From: a virus
Virus record (IMG/VR): IMGVR_UViG_3300031787_000063
Span: 1 to 64,000 of that record
Direction: 5' to 3' (one strand)
Length of the DNA stretch: 64,000 bases
The notes below the pieces were generated by a model. The model was not told the origin of the DNA. It made no database searches and was given only the letters and a program-made list of their open reading frames with translations. Position numbers and translations under genes: made by a program. Positions 30,061-40,341 of the stretch are shown here, piece after piece (position 1 is the stretch's first letter; the number at the start of each line of letters is the position of its first letter).

Positions 30061-33000
30061 TTACGGAGTTATTGTTTGTTTAACTACCCAAATCCCACTT
30101 TCTCTTCTTTCTGTAACTAAATTAGATCCACTAGGACGAATTCTGTAAGTTCCATCTGTATTAGGATCTCCAAAATAAAATTCAGATGTTCTAGTGATTT
30201 TATTATTATCCATATTAAGTTCTGGAGCTTGTATAGTTACTGATCCTCTTGTTCCAGTTCCTGCTGCGTTTCCAGTTTGGATAAAAATATTACCACTATT
30301 AGCCGCAGTTCCTGTTCCTTTTATAAATGCGTCTCTTGTTTTGACAAAAACACTCCCAGAACTTATTTGTAAGTTACTTGCCGGATCATTATAGTTTGAA
30401 TTTGATTGTGATTCTAAAAAAACATCTCCTGCTGTAAAAGTTCCATCCACTGTACCTTCAACTGCCGATCCTTGAAATCCAATTCCCCCAGAACTAGCAC
30501 CTTTAGAAGTACCAGCTTTTACCATTGCAAAATTCCCAAGATTATTGGTTACGTTTACAACTATTTCAGGATATCCAGATCCTAAAGTAGACAGAAAGAT
30601 CTGTTCGGTGCTGGAACTATTTCTGATATTAATACCTCTAATACAATTTAATCCGAAATCATTAACAGTTAGCATTCCAAAATTACTTGTAGTGCTTATG
30701 TACGTATTATTTGCTCTTAGTCTAATATCTCCTCTAGTTCCACTTGTTACTGTTCCTGTCTCAATATCAATTGAACCAGAATTTCCAGAACCCGGTACGT
30801 TACCCGTTTGTAGTCTGGTGCTACCAGTAGAGCCAGAAGAACTTGCATTTAAAATTCTACCAGATCCAAAGATTGTACCTCCAGTATTCCCTCCAGTTGT
30901 GGAATCATTACGTCCTGATAAAACAATAACTTGTCCAGTGGTGGCGGCTGTTGAAGTAGATATGGCAATACCAGATGCAACAAATATCCCACCTGTCCCG
31001 TTTAGTGCCGTACCTGAAATGATATCAATATATCCAGAGGAGCCACCATTTGCGTTTCCACTATACACCCTAGTTGGACCACTATTTCCAGAAGTATTTG
31101 GTGTTCCAGTTGTAATAACTATTTGTCCAGTATTTGCTTGAGATGTAAACCCTGTTTGAATAGCTACAGCTTTAGAAGCAACTGTTGGAGTTGATACTTT
31201 ATCTGCAGATGCTACATATAAATCTTCTGAATTTGTAACTGGAGGTTGGACAAATATAAATCCAGCTCCGTATGGATGTCCTATTTGTAAACCATCAATA
31301 AGGGTTGTTCCATTTAATGTTGCGGCATTTCCTGAACTTGGAGTTATTTCCAGAGTTCCTGTCATGGTATCGCCAGATTTACTGACTTTATTAGACAATG
31401 CAGTAGAAGTAGCTGTCGAAATAGGTTTATCTGCATCGCTCGTATTATCTACATTAGAAAGTCCTAAATCTGTTTTACTTAATACAACAGTCCCTGTTTG
31501 ATCATTTACAGAAGTAACTCCAGCAGCTAGATTTAATACAACAGTCCCTGTTTGACCATTTACGGAAGTAACTCCCACTCCAGCAGCTACAGTAGCATCT
31601 ACATAAGTTTTAACAGCTTTTTGAGTAGGATATAGAGTATCTGATGTACCTAAACCAGTGTCAGTACTTTTGTTAGAAATATTCTCAGCAGTAAATCCTA
31701 AAGAATTTTGCTTAGCGTCTAAAGCTGATTGAAGATCTGTTTGGAGTGCTAGAGTTCCGCCAATATCTCCCCAAGATGTGGATAGTATTACGTCTCCAAC
31801 TTGACCATTTACAGATGAAACAGCTCCTCCAGCCCCTCCTTGAATATCAACAGTTACATTTCCATTAACATCAGAACTAGCAGTTACACTACTTCCTGTG
31901 AAGTTAATAGAAGCTACTGCTGCCGTTATTTGAGTTCCTTCATCTTTTATAATTAAAGAAGATCCACCTCCTCCAATTACTAAGTCTCCAGATCCTAAGA
32001 CAGAATTCCCATTAATAGTTTTAATGTTTGTTCCAGATACAAGAGTATCCTGTTTTCCAGAAAGTGCAGTAGAAGTGGCTGTAGATATTGGTTTATTTAA
32101 ATCAGAAGTGTTATCTACATTAGAAAGACCAACATCTGATTTTGTTAAAGTTTTATTTTTCCAAAGTGATGTGGAATTTTCATAAGCAATAACTTGAGCA
32201 TCCGCAATGCCATTTATTGACACATTGTGTAGTTCTTGTAATTCGTATCCATTTTGTATACTTACTTGAATTACCCCCACATTTTGATGCTTTCTAATTA
32301 AGTATCCAATAAACACTGCATGATTTGGAGCGGAAGGTTTTACATTTGTAATTCCCCCAGCGACTGTAGGACTAAGCCATAAAGGATCTCCTTCTGCCCA
32401 TCCAACAATATCTGTATTTAAATTTTCTAATCTTCCTTGTTCTACAATAATACCATCGGTCATGTTTGCAATATCTGTTTGCACAAGACCGTATGTTTTA
32501 CTAGAAGTCATTTCTGAATTTGCTTGAGCTAATGCAATTCTTGGTCTGTCTCCTTGTACTCCGCTCAAGTATATAGCAGTCATTTTTGGAACAACAGATC
32601 CAGTAGCATTAAATGCAGTTGTGATCAATCTCTCTGCAGATGTTGAAGCAGGGGCTCCTGCCGCATCAATTGTTAAAGTATTAGCTAAATCATTATAAGT
32701 TAATGTAATGTTTGAACCAGCTACTAAAAGAGAATTAACTCTATCATCAACGGCTTCGCTAAAATCAGTTACATCAGTTGCAACATGTGTGTGAACAGTG
32801 TTAGCTTTTCCAGATAAAGCAGTGGCTGTAGCAGTGGATATAGGTTTATCAGCATCGCTAGTATTGTCTACATTAGAAAGACCAATATCTGTTTTATCAA
32901 GTACAACGTCTCCAACTTTTGTGTTTACCGAAGTAACTGGAGCCGTTCCTCCTCCTGTAGAATTAATGGTTATAGTATTTGCATCAGATGACAAACTAAC

Positions 33001-34638
33001 ATTTGATCCAGCTACTAGGGATTTAAATTGTAAAGTTTGTTGGTCTTTACTATCATAAATACCTTGTCCAGAACCTAAGTTTAATGCACTTTCTACTTTA
33101 TTTGACAAAGATGGAACTGTAGGAGAATCTGCTGTACCTCCTAAATCTCCAGCTAGTTTAACTAATCCTTTTACAGTAGTACTAGCATCTGGAGCACCTG
33201 CAGAAACTGTAGCATCGACGTATGTTTTCACAGCTTTTTGTGTTGGATAAAGAACGTCTGACACACCTAACAAAACATCTGTACTTTTATTAACAACATC
33301 TTCTGGAGTAAATCCTAAAGAGTCCTGTTTTCCAGAAAGAGCAGAGGATGTTGCAGTGCTTATAGGCTTATCAGCATCACTAGTATTGTCTACATTTGAC
33401 AATCCAATGTCTGATTTATCTAGTACCACATCTCCGACTTTTGTGTTTACCGAAGTAACGGCAGATGTGGGAACTTCTGCTAGAGTGATGTATCCGGCAG
33501 GATTTGAAGCATCATATTTCAAATCAAGTTGTGATTTATTTACTGCATCTTTAGGATCATTTCCATTTTCAACAAATTTTATAGAGTTAAGACTTAATCC
33601 CCCAGATATTGTTTGAGGTATCTCGTTTATTTTAAAATCAACAGAAGTTGTACTTGAATCAAAAGTTATAATTCCAGCAATAGAGTCGTATGTGTATATT
33701 GTTCCTAAATAATCTAACCCTCCAGTTAAAACTAGAGCTTGCATTTGTTTTGATACTACTCCCGTAAAAAGATCACTTGAAACACCTCCTCCTACATTTT
33801 CGCTTCCATTAACAGAAAGAAAAATAGGGACGAATGTTCCGGGAACTAAAGGGTCTGGATAAAAATCTTGAAGTACAATTGAAAGAGGAGCGTTTTGCCC
33901 CATATTCAATGTACCTGACATTGTATCTCCAGATTTATTAACCTTATTTATTAAAGCTGGTACGGTTGGAGAATCTGCTGTACCTGACAAGTCTCCTATT
34001 AATTTAACTATTCCTTTAGTAGACGCAGTAGCATCATTTACTGAAGGGACTTCTGCTAGAGTAATATACCCAGCAGGGTTACTAGCGTCATATTTAGAGG
34101 CTAATCCCGGAACTGTAGGAGAATCTGCTGTTCCTCCTAAATCTCCCGTAAGTTTTAGTATGCCCTTTGTAGATGAGCTTGCATCTGGAATAGATCCAGC
34201 TCCAGTTGATTGCAAATTAATTGTTTTTGTAGCGTTGTCTCCAGTAATTGTAATGGAGTTATCGCTAGAAATAAGAGATAAAGTTTCAATGTCAGTCAGT
34301 TGATCGCCAGCAGGAACATCTATCTGAATAGCAGACCCACTGGCTTCATTAAAAGACGAAGCAATTACCTTTATGGCTACATCAAGTGCATCTAATACAG
34401 TGCATTCTAATTTAACTTCTTCGTAAGAAGAAATGTTAATTTTTTCATTAGCAAGTCCAGTTATTTCTTTTAAAAGAACAAAGTCATCTTGTCCTATTAA
34501 TCTGGCACTAACTTGTAATATATTTGATGGACCAGCATCTTCTACGACTACTCGAAGAATATTTTCTCCATCAATATTAATGACGCTTACAACTCCTGTT
34601 TGAGCTACGAGTTGATTAACTTTGGCTTTTGTATCCAC
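30061..34638 (-). CDS. large tail fibre/spike protein
   Basis: Repeats GLSNVDNTSD.DKPISTAT, KG.xKL.GDLxGTADSPTVP, VTSVN; Gly/Ser/Thr beta-repeat C-terminus. Confidence 0.8.
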   Translation of the reverse strand: MDTKAKVNQLVAQTGVVSVINIDGENILRVVVEDAGPSNILQVSARLIGQDDFVLLKEITGLANEKINISSYEEVKLECTVLDALDVAIKVIASSFNEASGSAIQIDVPAGDQLTDIETLSLISSDNSITITGDNATKTINLQSTGAGSIPDASSSTKGILKLTGDLGGTADSPTVPGLASKYDASNPAGYITLAEVPSVNDATASTKGIVKLIGDLSGTADSPTVPALINKVNKSGDTMSGTLNMGQNAPLSIVLQDFYPDPLVPGTFVPIFLSVNGSENVGGGVSSDLFTGVVSKQMQALVLTGGLDYLGTIYTYDSIAGIITFDSSTTSVDFKINEIPQTISGGLSLNSIKFVENGNDPKDAVNKSQLDLKYDASNPAGYITLAEVPTSAVTSVNTKVGDVVLDKSDIGLSNVDNTSDADKPISTATSSALSGKQDSLGFTPEDVVNKSTDVLLGVSDVLYPTQKAVKTYVDATVSAGAPDASTTVKGLVKLAGDLGGTADSPTVPSLSNKVESALNLGSGQGIYDSKDQQTLQFKSLVAGSNVSLSSDANTITINSTGGGTAPVTSVNTKVGDVVLDKTDIGLSNVDNTSDADKPISTATATALSGKANTVHTHVATDVTDFSEAVDDRVNSLLVAGSNITLTYNDLANTLTIDAAGAPASTSAERLITTAFNATGSVVPKMTAIYLSGVQGDRPRIALAQANSEMTSSKTYGLVQTDIANMTDGIIVEQGRLENLNTDIVGWAEGDPLWLSPTVAGGITNVKPSAPNHAVFIGYLIRKHQNVGVIQVSIQNGYELQELHNVSINGIADAQVIAYENSTSLWKNKTLTKSDVGLSNVDNTSDLNKPISTATSTALSGKQDTLVSGTNIKTINGNSVLGSGDLVIGGGGSSLIIKDEGTQITAAVASINFTGSSVTASSDVNGNVTVDIQGGAGGAVSSVNGQVGDVILSTSWGDIGGTLALQTDLQSALDAKQNSLGFTAENISNKSTDTGLGTSDTLYPTQKAVKTYVDATVAAGVGVTSVNGQTGTVVLNLAAGVTSVNDQTGTVVLSKTDLGLSNVDNTSDADKPISTATSTALSNKVSKSGDTMTGTLEITPSSGNAATLNGTTLIDGLQIGHPYGAGFIFVQPPVTNSEDLYVASADKVSTPTVASKAVAIQTGFTSQANTGQIVITTGTPNTSGNSGPTRVYSGNANGGSSGYIDIISGTALNGTGGIFVASGIAISTSTAATTGQVIVLSGRNDSTTGGNTGGTIFGSGRILNASSSGSTGSTRLQTGNVPGSGNSGSIDIETGTVTSGTRGDIRLRANNTYISTTSNFGMLTVNDFGLNCIRGINIRNSSSTEQIFLSTLGSGYPEIVVNVTNNLGNFAMVKAGTSKGASSGGIGFQGSAVEGTVDGTFTAGDVFLESQSNSNYNDPASNLQISSGSVFVKTRDAFIKGTGTAANSGNIFIQTGNAAGTGTRGSVTIQAPELNMDNNKITRTSEFYFGDPNTDGTYRIRPSGSNLVTERRESGIWVVKQTITP

Positions 34639-34656
34639 GATACTCTCCTTATACTA

Positions 34657-36552
34657 TTATACTATATCGGTTATGCAGTTTATAAGATAAAATTGATTGC
34701 TACTATTTACAAATTCATATATATTAGCTCTATTAGCATTGACAGTAGTTACCATCATTCCAGCTTTTTGTCTTACACTTGCTGGAAAAGTAATACTTAA
34801 TGCTCCTCCAGTGGTATTGTTTGCTACTACTGTAAACCTTTTTCCCGGAATTCCATTAGAAAAAGTAATGCTAGTAGATGAAGTTAACGGTACATGGAAA
34901 ACTGTTCCAGTTCTAGCTAGTAGGTCTATATCAGATATTCCTGCTGGAACAATGCCATTTAGAGTTGTTGGAATTACAGAGTTACCACCATCTGCATAAA
35001 TATTTTTAGCATCAATATATAAAGAACCTCTATTTACAAAAGAACCTGCAGATCCCGTGGTGAGATAAATATTTCCGCTAATTCCAGTTCCTGCTGCTGC
35101 TCCAGTATTTATAGTTACATTTCCAGAATTTGCAGATGTTCCAGTTCCTTTAATCCAAGCAGGTCCACTTTTTACAAAAAGATTTCCAGAATTTACTTGA
35201 AGATTTGCTGCAGTAGAAGATCCAACATCTAAAGACATGGTTTCTAAGTACACTTCTCCAGCAGTATAAGTGCCATCAATCGTGGCTTTTACTCTAGATC
35301 CAGTAAAGGACATTCCTCCACCAGATGCATCAAGAATGTGAAATTGTCCACATGCAGCATAAGCATTAGCTGGATTATTTACTCCAATCCAAAGACTTGG
35401 ATATTGCTCACTTTGCATATCTGCCATCATAAAATTTTGAGTAGCAGAGTAAGGTGTTTCAGGTCTAACTTTTAAATTATTTCGAGTATCTACTCCATAC
35501 TGATTTGCAATAATTCTTGGTTGATTATTAACGGTGTCGTAAATGTAAACTTCTCTTCCTTGTATGTTTACATTACCTCTAAATCCAGTACCAAAAACTG
35601 AACCAGTTGCAATATTTACATTACCAGAATTACCACTAGAACCTGCAGCTACTTGACCAGAATTTATATATACTGGACCAGAACTACCTTGAGTAGAACC
35701 CGTTACAACATCTCCTGATTTAAGAGCAGCTTGTCCTGATCCTGCAAGAGTATCGGATGTTCCCGTTGCAAGATATAATTCTCCTGTGCGACTAGGGCTT
35801 ACTGTATTTCTAATACGACCTGAATTTATTTGAATAGCACCAGTTGCTGATACGTTTGTTTGATTATCATAGCCTTGAATTACATTGTCAATTGGTCCAG
35901 TGTTAATAAATAAAAGTCCAGAGGTTCCTTCTTTAGATTTTCCACTATATATATTTACTCCTCCGCTAGGTCCGAGTACTGGAGGTAAAGCTGATCCTCT
36001 ATTCTGACCGCTAAAAATATTAACATTTCCAGTTATTCCATCAGTAAAGGTGTATCCTGAATATAAATTAATATCCCCAGTATTTCCAGTTCCAAAATTT
36101 TGACCGGAAAATGCTTGGAATCCACCAGTGTTTCCAGTATTACCTGCTAATATAGCTCCAGTAGCAATTATGGTTCCTAATAATGAATTATTTCTAGTTC
36201 CTATGGTCCAATAATTTAAATTAGTGCCAGACGTTATGGTTGCCGCACTTACTAAATCTCTATTGACAGAAGTAGCAGTTAAGTTATCTAATCCAGTATT
36301 AGCTCCTCCACCACCTCCGCCTCCACCGGGAAGGTTTAATATCGTATTTAAATTGTAATCAATTGTTTTATTTGTAAGTGTTTGTGATTGAGAGCTTGTG
36401 ATTATCTCTCTAATTGAAGAATCTATGAATGTTTTTAATTTTTTATCAATGCTATTATGAAATAAAGCACCTTCTAAAAATAGATCATTGTCCACATCAT
36501 CGGTTACTCCACGTAAAAGAATGCCTTTTACAAATTCTTTTAAAATAAACAT
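34657..36552 (-). CDS. tail fibre/spike protein
   Basis: SQTLTNKTI motif, G.SG.I.I.TG repeats; shares a module with the 1525-aa protein. Confidence 0.7.
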   Translation of the reverse strand: MFILKEFVKGILLRGVTDDVDNDLFLEGALFHNSIDKKLKTFIDSSIREIITSSQSQTLTNKTIDYNLNTILNLPGGGGGGGGANTGLDNLTATSVNRDLVSAATITSGTNLNYWTIGTRNNSLLGTIIATGAILAGNTGNTGGFQAFSGQNFGTGNTGDINLYSGYTFTDGITGNVNIFSGQNRGSALPPVLGPSGGVNIYSGKSKEGTSGLLFINTGPIDNVIQGYDNQTNVSATGAIQINSGRIRNTVSPSRTGELYLATGTSDTLAGSGQAALKSGDVVTGSTQGSSGPVYINSGQVAAGSSGNSGNVNIATGSVFGTGFRGNVNIQGREVYIYDTVNNQPRIIANQYGVDTRNNLKVRPETPYSATQNFMMADMQSEQYPSLWIGVNNPANAYAACGQFHILDASGGGMSFTGSRVKATIDGTYTAGEVYLETMSLDVGSSTAANLQVNSGNLFVKSGPAWIKGTGTSANSGNVTINTGAAAGTGISGNIYLTTGSAGSFVNRGSLYIDAKNIYADGGNSVIPTTLNGIVPAGISDIDLLARTGTVFHVPLTSSTSITFSNGIPGKRFTVVANNTTGGALSITFPASVRQKAGMMVTTVNANRANIYEFVNSSNQFYLINCITDIV

Positions 36553-36564
36553 TCATCCCACCAA

Positions 36565-37044
36565 TTATGTTTGAGCTATCCCAATACCTCTAAATTTAAT
36601 AATACCAGAGTATGTGGCTTGATTCCCACTAAGAGCTGTTGCAGTATATTGAATTTGCCCACTGGGAGTTATGCTAAAAGTAACTTTTGAATTACCAAAT
36701 CCCTCTTGTTGCAATCTCCATCCTACAGTAGTTCCTTGATATAATCCTGTAAGTTGGAATTCTTCATATCTTTGTTCAGTGTCCGTAGTTCTTGTAATGT
36801 TTCCACTAACTATAAAAGATCTAACATTTACAGAATCAAAAAACATACCTTGAATACTTTCTTGAGAAAGCTGTTCTGCATTTATTAATGCAGCAGTTTC
36901 AAGTAAATCGTAAGGACCTCTGATTGAAGCAAGAACTTTGGTGACTTCTGCTGCCCAATTGGTTGCAGATTCCCCCCAAGGCTGTTGTTCTCCTTGTTCT
37001 GGATATTCAAAAGGAACATTGTTCACTATTAAAGTTACAGCCAT
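36565..37044 (-). CDS. virion structural protein
   Basis: GGAG SD; directly follows capsid terminator and late motif. Confidence 0.6.
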   Translation of the reverse strand: MAVTLIVNNVPFEYPEQGEQQPWGESATNWAAEVTKVLASIRGPYDLLETAALINAEQLSQESIQGMFFDSVNVRSFIVSGNITRTTDTEQRYEEFQLTGLYQGTTVGWRLQQEGFGNSKVTFSITPSGQIQYTATALSGNQATYSGIIKFRGIGIAQT

Positions 37045-37060
37045 ACACCACTCCTAGATA

Positions 37061-37070
37061 TATTTGTTAT
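37061..37070 (-). promoter_or_regulatory. putative late promoter ATAACAAATA
   Basis: Exact motif just after terminator, upstream of 37044. Confidence 0.65.
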
Positions 37071-37080
37071 TTAAGTGTAG

Positions 37081-37116
37081 AAAAAAAAAGGAGAAGCCGT
37101 AGCTTCTCCTTTTTTT
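37081..37116 (-). terminator. intrinsic (bidirectional) terminator after major capsid gene
   Basis: A9-GGAGAAGC-cgta-GCTTCTCC-T7 perfect hairpin. Confidence 0.9.
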
Positions 37117-37140
37117 GTTACATTGCATAACTCATTGAAT

Positions 37141-38355
37141 TTAAGCTGTGATTCCAGTGAAAACAAGCTGATGACCGATCTTTGTACAGAACAAAGCTTG
37201 GTTGGTATAACAACGGATACCGATACCAGCATTATTTTCAAGATGATGGAAGAAATCCTCATTATTGAATGGGTTCTTGAAAGTAAGATCTGTAGAACCT
37301 ACACGTAGCATTTGCTCATGGTTAATAGCGTAAGCAAAACCTTCTTTTACGAAGATAGATGAAACAATAGTCATCTTACCATTCTGAGAGAAGAATTCAA
37401 GAGCTTCCGAACCATTTTGAGCAGTAGCTGACTTGTAGCTAACATCAAAACGTCTAGAACCTGCTTGCTCAGTCATTAGATCAGCCCAAGCTGCTGGGTT
37501 AACATAAACAGTCACATCGGACTGAAGACCCTTGGCTACTGGCTTTGCAAGACCTTTAGCAAGTTTATTGAAACTAAGAGTACCGCCTACAGCGTGAGTG
37601 TTACCTCTCCAAAGAGAATATTGAGAAGCAGAAATACCAAATAGAGATCCAGTATTTGTGATGATCTTATGAAGACCAGCCATCTCTTTACCTTTAGAAC
37701 CATACTCAAAAATTACATCTGTAGCAACTACGCCAGCAGGAAGTGCGTCAACTGTAACCGTTTTAAGGTCAAAATCAACTGCAGTTACTTTACAGTCACC
37801 ACGAAGGTTTCCTACTGAATCGAAGATCTCAAGACGCATATTTTCTGCACCGCCCCAAATTCCCGGAGCCCATTGACCAACAGCAATTGAGATTACGTTA
37901 CCAGCTACTGAACCAACTTCAGCAAGACCAACTTGACCGTAAAGAAGACGAATTTCAAGCTTTTTAGAAATAGAATCCATCATAGCTTGGAAGATATACT
38001 TTGTAGCTTCTTCAAATGCTCTTTCACCAGCAGAATCAGCAGCATACATAGTATCTAGTGCCATCGCAGAACGAAGCACCATTTGATAACCACGGATAGA
38101 CGCTTGCTTAATTACACCTGAAATAGGTGGATTAAGAGCAAAAGCACCTTCATCTGGCTCAGCAAAGCTTACGCCATGCTCCATACCAAGAATAACTGAT
38201 TGGTTATAATCAGCACCCGGACGCTTTTCTTTGCGAACGAATTTGATAGCATTAAGAAGCTTAGTGCCATCTGGGATAAGATTTTCTAGTTTACCATCGT
38301 AAACTTTTTTGTACAACCCGTTTAGATTGTCTAATGTGTTAACTGGACCGCTCAT
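37141..38355 (-). CDS. major capsid protein
   Basis: 404 aa after scaffold; highly-expressed-type codon bias; followed by strong terminator. Confidence 0.8.
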   Translation of the reverse strand: MSGPVNTLDNLNGLYKKVYDGKLENLIPDGTKLLNAIKFVRKEKRPGADYNQSVILGMEHGVSFAEPDEGAFALNPPISGVIKQASIRGYQMVLRSAMALDTMYAADSAGERAFEEATKYIFQAMMDSISKKLEIRLLYGQVGLAEVGSVAGNVISIAVGQWAPGIWGGAENMRLEIFDSVGNLRGDCKVTAVDFDLKTVTVDALPAGVVATDVIFEYGSKGKEMAGLHKIITNTGSLFGISASQYSLWRGNTHAVGGTLSFNKLAKGLAKPVAKGLQSDVTVYVNPAAWADLMTEQAGSRRFDVSYKSATAQNGSEALEFFSQNGKMTIVSSIFVKEGFAYAINHEQMLRVGSTDLTFKNPFNNEDFFHHLENNAGIGIRCYTNQALFCTKIGHQLVFTGITA

Positions 38356-38484
38356 ACTTTTCCTTTTTTATAAAATCAATTTTTTGTTTTTTATTTTTAA
38401 GCAATAAGTTTGTTTTACTTCGATATTTTTGGGGCTATTGCTTGCCAAAAAGTCTGGTAAATCTTATTTACTCAACTATATTTG

Positions 38485-39411
38485 TTAACCTCTTAGAGAA
38501 TTAAAGAAATCTTTTGCTCTAATTTTTTTAGGTTCGTCATCTTTTTTAGAAGAAACGCCTACATCTTCAGTTTTTAAAGCTGGTTTTGGAGTACCATTTT
38601 TAGGCTTAACTGATTGAATTTGCTTATTTCTTATATTTCTAATTCTTTCTTTAGATACTAGATTTTCTACTTCGTCATCAGATAAAACACCTAGCATTTC
38701 AGAAATATCTCGTTTGTATTGTTGTTTTACAAAAGGAATGAGATCTTGCATAGTTAGATCAATTCCATTTGCATAAGCAATATAAGCTAAGTCTGCTAAT
38801 TTTTTAGAAATATACGTAGATTTAGGCAGTTGTCCAACTTCAATTGCTTGCACAATTTCATTTTCTAATTGCATTGCTGCTTCTTGTTGCAATCTAGCCT
38901 GTTCTTCGTGTCGTCTTTGTTCTTCTAGAGCTTCTTTTTCAGCCAGTAATTCTTCATATCTTCTTTTAGTTTCTTCAAGTGCAAGTTGCTCGGGAGTTTT
39001 TTGACTATCTTCTAAGTCTTCTCTTAGAATAGCTTCTGCAATTTGTCTTTTTTGTTCTTTACTTAAATTAAATTCTGGATTCATTATGACAGACATTGGA
39101 TTTGAAGTAAATTGTTCCAAAAATTCGTCAACATCGGCTTGAATTTCTTGTAGTTGTTTTGCAGTAATTGATCTTTCTTGGAAAGCTTGCTGTGCAGCTT
39201 TTTCCATTTGGAGTGCTTTTGTAATTCTATCACGATCTCTTAGATTTACCCGTTCCTTAATCTCTTTGCCATTAACTTTGAGATTAAATTCTTCCCACTC
39301 TTCTTGACTCATTTGATCTGGTTTTTCCGAAGCTTCTAAACCTTCAAAAGATTCTTCTGCTTCTGCAGATTCTAGAGATTCTGTGGATTCTGTTGAATTT
39401 TCGTCTGACAT
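38485..39411 (-). CDS. capsid scaffolding protein
   Basis: Acidic N-terminus, LKVNGKE motif, coiled coil; between portal and capsid. Confidence 0.75.
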   Translation of the reverse strand: MSDENSTESTESLESAEAEESFEGLEASEKPDQMSQEEWEEFNLKVNGKEIKERVNLRDRDRITKALQMEKAAQQAFQERSITAKQLQEIQADVDEFLEQFTSNPMSVIMNPEFNLSKEQKRQIAEAILREDLEDSQKTPEQLALEETKRRYEELLAEKEALEEQRRHEEQARLQQEAAMQLENEIVQAIEVGQLPKSTYISKKLADLAYIAYANGIDLTMQDLIPFVKQQYKRDISEMLGVLSDDEVENLVSKERIRNIRNKQIQSVKPKNGTPKPALKTEDVGVSSKKDDEPKKIRAKDFFNSLRG

Positions 39412-39485
39412 ACATTTCCTTTTTACGCCCCAATGGGGTAGTGTAAAGTTAACACATCACATTATTGTGGTAGTGTCTATGTACT

Positions 39486-39495
39486 TATTTGTTAT
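39486..39495 (-). promoter_or_regulatory. putative late promoter ATAACAAATA
   Basis: Exact motif 75 nt upstream of scaffold start. Confidence 0.65.
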
Positions 39496-40341
39496 TTATT
39501 TATAACCTAATTGTTGTTTTTTTCTTTTTAAATAATCAGCATAATTTAAATCTTCTTCTTCTGGTTCAGATGCTAATTCTCTAAATGCAGGACCAATTGG
39601 TTCTGGAATTTCTTCTTTTGGCTCAACATCTAATAATTCCACTGGATGAATTCTTCTATTTAAAGTATCCTGTTCTTGTTTTTTTATTAAATCTAATATT
39701 TCAGGATCTCCATCTGCTTTTTCTTTAAAAAATTGTTCTTTTCGCTTCTCGGCTTCAATTTGTTTTAATTGTTCAGATTCTCCGGTATTTAAATCACTAG
39801 AAGATAAAGCCTGTTCAGCTATAGCTAAAGGAACTGCTGCTCTTTTGCCAAGCTTAGAAACTTTTCCAACACCTTCCGCTGCAGATCTTAGTAATCTTGA
39901 TTTTAATTGCTGTCTTGCTATATATTTAGCTGCTGGAGATGATGGTGGATGTATATTTATTTCGTCTGCCATATTCACAGGAATACTATAAGGTCCAGAT
40001 TTTGTGCGTTTCATCATTGCTTGAAATTTTTTTGTACCCGGTTTTAATTTTCCAGCTTTACCTTGACCTCTATATTCCTTTACTGCCTCTAATCTAGCTT
40101 GTTCCTTTATTTTAGCTTCTTTTATAGCTTGTCTTTCAGCTTTTCTATCTAAAGCTCTTTGTCGTTTAGAAGCTCTATTATGTTCTTCTATAAATTTTTC
40201 ACTATCAACTAAATCATTTGGATCTATTTTAGTTGTTTCTTGTTTAGAAGGGGTGGAAATAATTTGGTTTTCTTTTTCCATTTCTTCTATTTCTTTTAAA
40301 TAATCTGCAAAAGTTTTTTCTTTTTTCGACATATTACTCAT
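39496..40341 (-). CDS. hypothetical head-associated protein
   Basis: Charged; ends KRKKQQLGYK. Confidence 0.6.
   Translation of the reverse strand: MSNMSKKEKTFADYLKEIEEMEKENQIISTPSKQETTKIDPNDLVDSEKFIEEHNRASKRQRALDRKAERQAIKEAKIKEQARLEAVKEYRGQGKAGKLKPGTKKFQAMMKRTKSGPYSIPVNMADEINIHPPSSPAAKYIARQQLKSRLLRSAAEGVGKVSKLGKRAAVPLAIAEQALSSSDLNTGESEQLKQIEAEKRKEQFFKEKADGDPEILDLIKKQEQDTLNRRIHPVELLDVEPKEEIPEPIGPAFRELASEPEEEDLNYADYLKRKKQQLGYK

Noticed and set aside
11767-35000. Many + strand ORFs antisense to virion genes (e.g. 30545-31141, 16081-16770)
   Set aside because: Shadow ORFs from codon bias of the real minus-strand genes; no SD or motifs
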